Both the position numbers and the translations under genes were made by a program. The notes under the pieces were generated by a model. It saw only the letters and a program-made list of their open reading frames with translations. It was not told the origin of the DNA and did no database searches. Of a DNA stretch of 64,000 nt, positions 55,811 through 64,000 are shown one piece after another. How positions within the stretch are numbered: the stretch's first letter is position 1; every line of letters begins with the position of its first letter. The DNA is taken from the NCBI GenBank assembly GCA_963924565.1, contig OZ004609.1:9238001-9302000 (forward strand), written 5' to 3'. The stretch is from Ascidiella aspersa. Its lineage: Eukaryota.

Positions 55811-58784
55811 CTTGTCTAGTCTATTAACGAAATAAGCAAGTATACGCGTGTTAAATAGTACCCGACAAAAATATTTTGATCTATTTATTTGACAAAACAA
55901 ACAAAAAACGGAGGTTTCAATTTGTGTATGCCAATTAAAATTTGAAACACAAGATCAAACAAACTGACATATACAAGTGGAGTATTTTATTACAGTGTGT
56001 TTTCATACAAAACATGCGGTGTTTGCATTTTTGTCTCAATATTGAAGTGATTGAAAATTGGTGCAGAGCAAAGAAGAACTACGATTTTTCGGTTGTACAA
56101 GTACGATGAAAAGAGTAACAAGTCGTTACCGGTAGCTCGCGTGAAAAGTATATTTGATACTTTCGTTCAAGTTTCTAAATAAGCAAAGTATGACGTTGTG
56201 ACTTAACTTTGTGACGTAATCTCTAAAAATACTAATAGATTTTCCTAATTGGACGCTAAGCAAAATTTAGGGTTCAACGAAATGGAGCATATCATATTAG
56301 TTCGACAGGTTAGCAAAGGTTAAGATGCACTGATCTAGTAGAACTTCTTTCTAACAATCTTTCCTAAGTTATCGGTTTACCTGGTCAAGTAAAAAAAAAC
56401 GGTGGTTCTTAATGTTTTTTACCGCGCACCCTTAATTTTTTTTGCTTCATTTGGACCACGGTAGGTAAGAAAATTTTCAGAGATGGCGTCATATATTGAC
56501 GTCACACTATCAATACATTTTAGAAATCTGCTGATTTCATGCCGAAAAAATCGAAAAGTTATTCTAAATACATTCAGTGCAAAACCGTTATATTTTTAAT
56601 TAAACCATTTTTTTTTAATTGATGACTTTTCAAATACACAGTAAAATTTCAATTAAGCCTCCAAAGACCCCCTAAAATAAGTTCACGAACCCCCAAGGGG
56701 TAGACCCCAGTTTAAGAACCCCTAGTTTAGACCGTACAGGGGCTCCTAAAGTTTGTGTGCAGGACCTATCTTGACACAATTTTTTTTGTAACTCACACCC
56801 CTTTTGTGATTAATGTGTTTTGTAGACGCAATGCATTACGCAGGCAGCGTTTTCAAATAAACAGAAACATCGAAATTGCGAAGAGCGCTTAAATATAAAA
56901 CTGGCAAATTATGCGAAAGCTGTTTAATATACTTGTGCCTTATTTAGGTTAACGTTAATTAGGCAAGCTAATTATCTAACGCACGTTAGAGTTGTTTATT
57001 ATGTCACAGTTACGAACTGAAGAAAGGTGAGTTGCAGATTGCAGGTGAAAAGTCATTGCCATTTCAGAAAATATGATTTTACAGAACACAACAAATACTA
57101 CATTAAGAAAAACGTCAGGGCGAAGCGCGAAATGTTTTTGGATTTGTATGATAGTAAATAGTCAAAAAATATAGTTTGTGGAAAACTCCTGGTAGAAATT
57201 CTATTAAAAACGCTAAGCAGTGTGTTAAATACAAGGAGAAGAAAAAACCCTCACACCAATTATCCCTCTCTCCACAGTTTGAGAACCCTTAGTTTAAAAC
57301 TATGGGGTGTATAGGTAGAACATTAGACCGAAGGTTCTCGAAACTTGTTTAGCCTATTAGCGTAACATAAACCTGAAAATAACTTCACAAAGCATGATTT
57401 CGGCCATATGGGAGCAAGCATACATAGGGTAATCCTTCACGATTAACTGGACTTTGTTTTAAGTTGTAAACTTAATCACCCACTGCTTAAATAAACATTT
57501 AGAGCTGTCTTGTCATGTTGACGTAATTCGACATTTTTTAGCAGTATTTCTTTCTTGGGCGAAATACATTTGCGCTTTTATTGTTTAAATATTTATTTCT
57601 TACTTGGCAACGCTTATAAGGTTTCTATTCATTGTTTTGTAGTTTATAAAGGAAACAGTTTTTGTTTTGTAAGGCAAATATTTTAAAGTTGGTTTTTCTG
57701 CATTTTTCTACTGTTGTAACTGATCTGATTTATTGTTTTCTGTTGTGAAAATACTAATAGGAAAGTGTGCACTATTCCACCTCGTCTTTCCAGTATGACC
57801 GGTTTAAAATATACATTAAACCGAGAATCGTACTAGCATAAGAACAACCTATCACAGGTAAATGCTACGTTTTTTGTAACACTACAATACATAACACATC
57901 TTTTTAAAAACAAATCTGCGTTATTTTAAAACTGTAAGTTAAACCTTCCTTTTCATTACTTAGACATTTTTCTCAACAAATGACATTTTAAGCTCATTTT
58001 ATATAAAAAAAAGAAAGTAACTTCAGCTGTCAAGCAGCAGACTATATAACCATTAATTAAACCTGTCTCTTAGCTCAACATGCTAAACAAACCACAACAT
58101 TTTTTTTACTTTGTTCGACCTAAACTATCAAGAAAATAGGTTTACAAAAACGTCAAATATTGTGGTGATTTAACCTGTTCTGTTCCTATTGTAGGTGGCA
58201 AAATACGGGCCGTCACATGCCTGACGTGTTCTGCCAGTCTTTGAAACGCCCGAGGCAAAATGTGACTGTAAGCGTATTTTTGGATAATTATAAAGCGCGA
58301 TATAGTTCCCTTGTCTTTGGAACTATACGCTTCATACTGTAACGAGTGATTTTGTGCTTTTTTAATTCTTTTTTTACAAATAGACATCTAAAAGTGTGCA
58401 TTTTTGTCGTGCAAAACGATTGCTGACTTGTAAATACTAACGATCGTCGTTTTACCGAATCACTTATTTGCCTTGAAGCTTTCTTTGCTAACAACGAAGC
58501 AAAACGTTGCCGATTGTTGTCGTTGCCGAACTTTTTTGGCCTTTCTATGAAGTTATTTTAAAACTGAAATTCAAGTTACCGACTTTACTGTGGGTTTATC
58601 AAAGTATATCTCAAAATGTCAGTGGTCGATAATATCGCCGGACAATCCGTTAAAAACAATCAAATATTCCTAAAAAAAGAATTTTATGTTTCTTTCATAA
58701 AATAAAAGGCTTATATAAAACCGAACGATTCTCTATAGTCGTACAGATCGCAACAGAGTTGATTGTATGGTAAACGTGCTATAG

Positions 58785-59268
58785 CAGTGGTTCTCAAACT
58801 TTAAAAAAAATTGCGCCAACGGTTCCCCCAAAATTTTTTAATTGCTCACGGTCTTTAAAAATATACATAAAATAACAGTTTTTTTTTAATGGTATGAAGT
58901 GCACTTGCTTCTTTGCTATCAGCGGCTATATAAACCTCGAACGTATCACTTTATTTAAGTTAAGAATGCACGAACAGTTTTAAAACCGTGACCGTACCGC
59001 CAACACAGTGCAACGCAGCAAGCTGTAAAAACGTAATTCTCATTATCACAACGCAACAATTGAACTTAACGCGTGCAACAACGTTAATAGACAACTCAAT
59101 ATCAGCTTGGTTTGAAAAAGTAAGTTGCCCGAAAATTTTATTTGAAAAAATAAAAACAAAAATTTCTTCTTCAAGAGCGTCGTGTTGATTTTTGTAGGAG
59201 CTTCGCGGTCCCAGAAAATTGTCTTGCTGACCCCAAATGGACCGCGGACCCCAGTTTGAAAACTACTT
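58785..59268. mobile_element. Degenerate hAT MITE
   Basis: CAGTGGTTCTCAAACT...CAGTTTGAAAACTACT; TSD not recognisable. Confidence 0.55.
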
Positions 59269-61573
59269 TGCCTTAGGATCTCAACCCACTGCACTGATTT
59301 GGTGGGGGTCAACGTTGCAGAAGACGTTAGTTAAGGCCAACTTAAAAACCCGTACAAACGGAAAAACCATTGGTTCGTGGAAATGTGTCCAATGACCTAT
59401 CAGGAGACCTGAGGTTTCTGGATGAAAATGCCAACATATCCCTTAACACTCTGTACCTAAAGGGCCTTTGCGCTTTTAATTATTTTACTCCAGGTATTGC
59501 TTTTGGAACAAAATGTCGTACACATTATTTTAGTATTCCTACCCTTATATTGTCAACGTATACCACATGACTTTTTACAAAATTGACAGCATAAAGTATA
59601 GTAGAGTTTACAACTTTGAAATAATTTTATTTGTTACTAAGCTACAACGCTTGAGTAACCTTAATCTTAAAATTAATATACTGCGGCTCGGTGTCAATTT
59701 TTTTTTTCGAGAATACGGAGTTTTTTAAGAATATGGTTAAGTTCCGGCTGCGGTTCGATGCAAATGAAAAATTCCGGTTAAGCTCCGGTTCGATCAAATT
59801 CATTTAAAAACCGGTTTATAAAGTTTCAGTTAAGGATAGATGAAACACACCATACTTCAAACTAAAAAAATCCTTTAAACTGATTTTTCTTTTTTACCGT
59901 AATTCAAAGTATTTTACCGTAATTCAAAGTGTTTCTAAATAATAAAAATGCCGCTGAACATAACAATGCGCTGTTTTTTTTTATATAGAATCAGAAATTT
60001 GGTAGGACTATTGGATGTTTAATTTGTATAGCGAATGCGATAAGTTTATCAGTCATTGCCATCTTTATCGACTCATATTTAAACGGTTGTAGGCTGCATT
60101 ATCTAATGGACTTTGTTATACATTGATGAGCTGATATCGAAAAATAATTGAAACAGAAATAAAATTTTCACAAACTATTTTGAATAATCTGTCATATTCA
60201 AGCACGTAAATATATTTTAACACATCAATTTTATATTATGCTACTTCATTTTAACTCATTTTTTTATACTAATACTGGGGGTTAACCGCCTGTTTCCCCA
60301 GGCCCGGGTTTGGTTAAGCTTAGTGACACCCAAGGTTCTGGTTTGGTTACGGTTCGGGGTAAAAAAGCCCTAAACAGGTTCATAAAATTTCGGTTCTGGT
60401 TCGGTTCGACTTATTGGTTTCATTCGGATATTTTTTTCATGTTTTACGACAAAGGCATTTTTAGTGTTTACACTCTGCAGCAGTCCATAGACCCCAGTTT
60501 AAGAACCCCTGCTCTTCAGGCTTGATTTTGGTAATTTAAGTTACTAAGTATTGCCCTAAAACTTTTGGTATAAATAGTTAGCCTGCTAGATGTTGAAAGC
60601 TTTAAAAGCGTGTGGGAATTTGTTTGACATATATCCTAAAATGTGAATAACAGCTCGAGTTTTTGCAACCTACCTAATCTTGTTCATGTGAAACATTTGA
60701 AAAAAAACTATTCGAGTGGTATAGGTATGTAAGTATTAGAATAAATTAAGTGTAATTTGTTTTGCCCATGTGCAATGTGTGGCTCTTTGGGTTTAGGAAA
60801 TAAAAAAATGTTACTTTTGGCCATCTTGGTAAATGGCCTCGCCTCCACCACGTATAGCGTTTGGATGAGGTGCAAATGAAAACAGAAGTTGTCTCAATTC
60901 AGGATTGCTTTATATGTTATCAGCAGCCTAAGTCTGATTTTTCTGCATTCAACTGAAAAAAATAACCAAGGAATGGACATCCAGGCCGGGCAAGCAATTT
61001 GCACTGCTTAGAACTATACACTCAAGCTCAACTGCCTGTACAACGTTTTGCTTCTTCGTACAATTTTTCGTCTCGCATTTCAAACGTGCTTAGTATGACG
61101 TAGCAAAAGTAACCAATCTCTTCCTGTTTGGTACAAAATCGAACAACGATGTCGCATGACGGAAATGCGCGGGTAAGCCGGGTACCGACTGATAGTTATG
61201 ATTTTCCGAATAATGTTTTCTCTAAGTTCCGCCACGCTGAATATTTGGCACAAGGCATTTTGCTAGCACCGTTTCAGTTTTGTAAGCTACGACAACTTCG
61301 CAAGCCCAGTCAAACCAGAACTACAAACGTTGTTATACCTCAAGGAATCTAAGTTAAAATAAAATCAATGAAGATTTTATTGTACAAATAGGGAGATACC
61401 AGATTTTATTTAGATACGAATAACCTATATTTGAACAAAGAGTATCTCATACAAGTATCAGTGACGGTGCCAAATGACGTCATTTTTACGCAAACACAAG
61501 GAAACTAGATTTAATTAAAACCTTATTTTACCTGGTTATTTTGTTCAAATTTGCTTAGCATTATTAAGGTTAG

Positions 61574-61810
61574 TTATCTGCAGTTGTTAATCCTTATTTT
61601 GGATGCATTTGATATCGATTCGGCACAGATTCCACTTAGTATCTGACGGGTAGCGATCTGCTTCTTTGCATTGGGCATCGCCCAGATAATATCGCTTGTC
61701 CAAACAGGGGCGAGTCGACCATTGCCTGGTGCCACCCCTTGATCCGTTCTTGATCTCCATGATCCGTTGCTATCCTTGGTGGTGTAGAGAAAGCCCATCA
61801 TAAGTTCGAA
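61574..61810 (-). mobile_element. Possible 3' remnant of an RTE-like LINE
   Basis: Translation QGVAPGNGRLAPVWTSDI resembles the C-terminal G..G.R.RGRP...W.D.I motif of RTE-clade ORFs; degenerate. Confidence 0.33.
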
Positions 61811-62571
61811 GCTTCATTTGAATGATTCCGAAAACAACACGGTTGTATTTCATTTTTCAGGGCGACATATCTATAAAGTTATTAATGTATAAACACAGAC
61901 GGATAAATAACTATAAAATAACTATATACTACATGTTTCTTTGTTTTTAGGGTCATATTAAGTTTTAATGTTTTCAGGCTAGTAAAAGTGGCCTATTAAA
62001 AACTTTTACAAACCATTTTGCCCATTGTTTATGGGTCGCATTATTTAGTTTTATTTCGATAAATGTGAAATAACTTAGAGACGATACCTCACTTAGAGAC
62101 TATAATAGAGACCTGGTAGTCGTGTTATAGTAAAACAAAGCCTTCGAACAGCGCGGGCGGTTAGTAAACAGCAGTTTACCATACTTTGTAAACACAATAT
62201 AAAGTTCAATAGACCAGTGATTATTTATTGGGCAAAAAAATATCTGCGGATTTTAACAGAACTAGTCGTCGTTTCAAATTGCTTCGTTCACAATTTATTG
62301 CACTTTTGTAAACAAAATAATACTCAGGTTGCTTCGTAATACAGGGGAAAACCCTATTTAATTACCTTCACGCCGTTTCAAACTAATAATGAACAAAAGA
62401 TATTCCGAACAGTTTCAAACTGCAGTGGTCACAGAACTTCTGCGAGTAGGTGCGTGTTTGGGTAGAAATGGAAGACATAATCCGTATGACTTTCGTATCA
62501 ATTAGAATTGTGGAAATTTATTCATTGAAATCCTTACCTTTTTATAAAAAATCCGGTTAAACCAGTCAAGC

Positions 62572-63651
62572 ATGAGTCGTAACAGGCGAACCAGGCAACC
62601 GCAAAGTAACCTTATCACTTGCTGTTGTTTACTTAGGTACTTGTGAGTAGGGGCGTGTATGTATACAGCCCATGTGAACAACACTGTTTTCTGTGCATGC
62701 GTCGCGTGATAGCATTTCCGGGTTTTGTTAGTCACATTGAGCCGCACTGGGGCATAATTTTATGTTAATTGCTTTAGCAGAAACTCTAAACAAAGCGAGA
62801 CTGTTGTACTGTTTGAAGGATTCACATTTTGCATGCGCGTGTTGTTCAGAATTAGTTAATATTTTAGAGAACCTCGGCCTGAACAGTTTTGTGCTGACGC
62901 AAAGTCGAGGCCAGGTCCATTGAAGATGAACGGCGTTAAGTTTCCAAAGGTAAATGTTTCAAGTTTTAGTTCTTTGTAACAGGCGAACACCTGGGATCTT
63001 AAATTTTCACGCAATTTTTAAAGGCAATAAAGCAATTGAGTGTACTTTTTTGCGCTTTAAACAAGGTTGTATGAAGCCAATGCTAATCTCACAGTAATGT
63101 AGCCCAGTGCTGTCAACCTTTTTGGAACAGTACGCCCTTTTACGTTTACTGAAGACTTTGTACACCCGAGTCCACGAAATGCACTAAACTTATAGAAGCA
63201 TACACCCTGTTGTGCTGCTAAAAGAACTATTAACCGTCATGAAGAACTAGTTAGTACCTCACAATAACGATTCTTAAGAGAAATATTTGGTTGTGATGTC
63301 ATAAATAGAATATAGTAGCTTACAAGCTATGTAGGCTGCGCCTTAAATACATGTTGTGCCATGTATTTTACACTCCAGTCAGTCTGGTAATAAACCTGTT
63401 TTTATTGGTAATGCGGTATTTTGCACACCCAGTACACCCCATCAATGTTGTACACCCTTCAACAATTCTGGTACACCCGGTTAAAATCACTGATGTAGCC
63501 TATGTGCTAAGCTGTTGGAGGCTACGCTTGAACGCGCTTTTTAAGAAGAACGTATCAAGTAGTTCTTAACGCGTTTTGTTTCGTTTCAGGCAGAACTGCA
63601 TTGTCATCTTGATGGCTGTTTTCGGTTGACCACTATAGTCGAGATCGCAAA
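62572..63651 (+). CDS. ADA: Adenosine deaminase, 5' part (3'-partial)
   Basis: Exon 62868-62949 ends MNGVKFPK|gtaaat (ATG 62926). Exon 63590-63651 (62 nt, cag...|gtaagt) encodes AELHCHLDGCFRLTTIVEIA, giving the ADA Zn-binding PKxELHxHLDG motif. A putative upstream in-frame exon at 62572-62642 is less certain. Confidence 0.85.
63105..63492. mobile_element. hAT MITE in an ADA intron
   Basis: CAGTGCTGTCAACC...GGTTAAAATCACTG; perfect 8-bp TSD ATGTAGCC. Confidence 0.8.
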
Positions 63652-64000
63652 GTAAGTGAAAAGAACGGCCAAAACTACTAAACGAACCCGACCAAACGCA
63701 TGTTAAAAGATTGATGTACAACTTGTGGTCGTGTCCTACATTTTCCTCGCACTGTACAGCAGTGTCTGCATTGTCAATTGCACTAAATGAATGATAAGCT
63801 GTGCTCCGCACTGCAAATGTGTAAAAAACTGACCCGTTACGATCCGGTTTAGAAAAATATCACGTCGTCGAAATTATGCGTCGAAATTATTATAAAAAAA
63901 ATTAAGAGAAAATTTAATGGTGGTTTTGTCTTGTTTATTGGATTCTTTAAACACAACACAAACCCTGGGTTTAACTATGTCTAGAACCTTGAACACAAGG

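Noticed and set aside
61640-61745. Resemblance to U1 stem-loop II or the 7SK 5' hairpin
   Set aside because: No U1 5' ATACTTACCTG, no Sm site and no AUUGCAC loop; a decayed LINE fragment on the minus strand explains it at least as well.

Overview
This is AT-rich, intron-rich animal genomic DNA; the organism cannot be determined from the sequence alone. Most entries in the ORF track are intronic noise, so genes were rebuilt by hand from GT-AG boundaries. The minus strand carries three genes. The first is a receptor-type protein tyrosine phosphatase (signal peptide, Cys-rich module, one Sushi/CCP domain, TM helix, intact D1 domain) that runs off the left edge. The second is an enoyl-CoA hydratase/crotonase-family gene whose terminal exon was not found. 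The third is a complete 10-exon secreted FG-GAP-repeat protein with a hydrophobic, GPI-signal-like tail. The plus strand carries the 5' end of adenosine deaminase at the right edge. It also carries a spliced gene nested antisense in a PTP intron; its 340-aa product ends in a Penelope-type GIY-YIG endonuclease domain with no reverse transcriptase and with apparent catalytic substitutions, making it a candidate domesticated retroelement gene. The introns hold several minimal hammerhead-ribozyme motifs of the Penelope type, repeatedly in inverted pairs. There is a near-identical 6,949-bp tandem duplication, many MITEs with 8-bp TSDs, a Tc1/mariner remnant and tRNA-SINE-like fragments.
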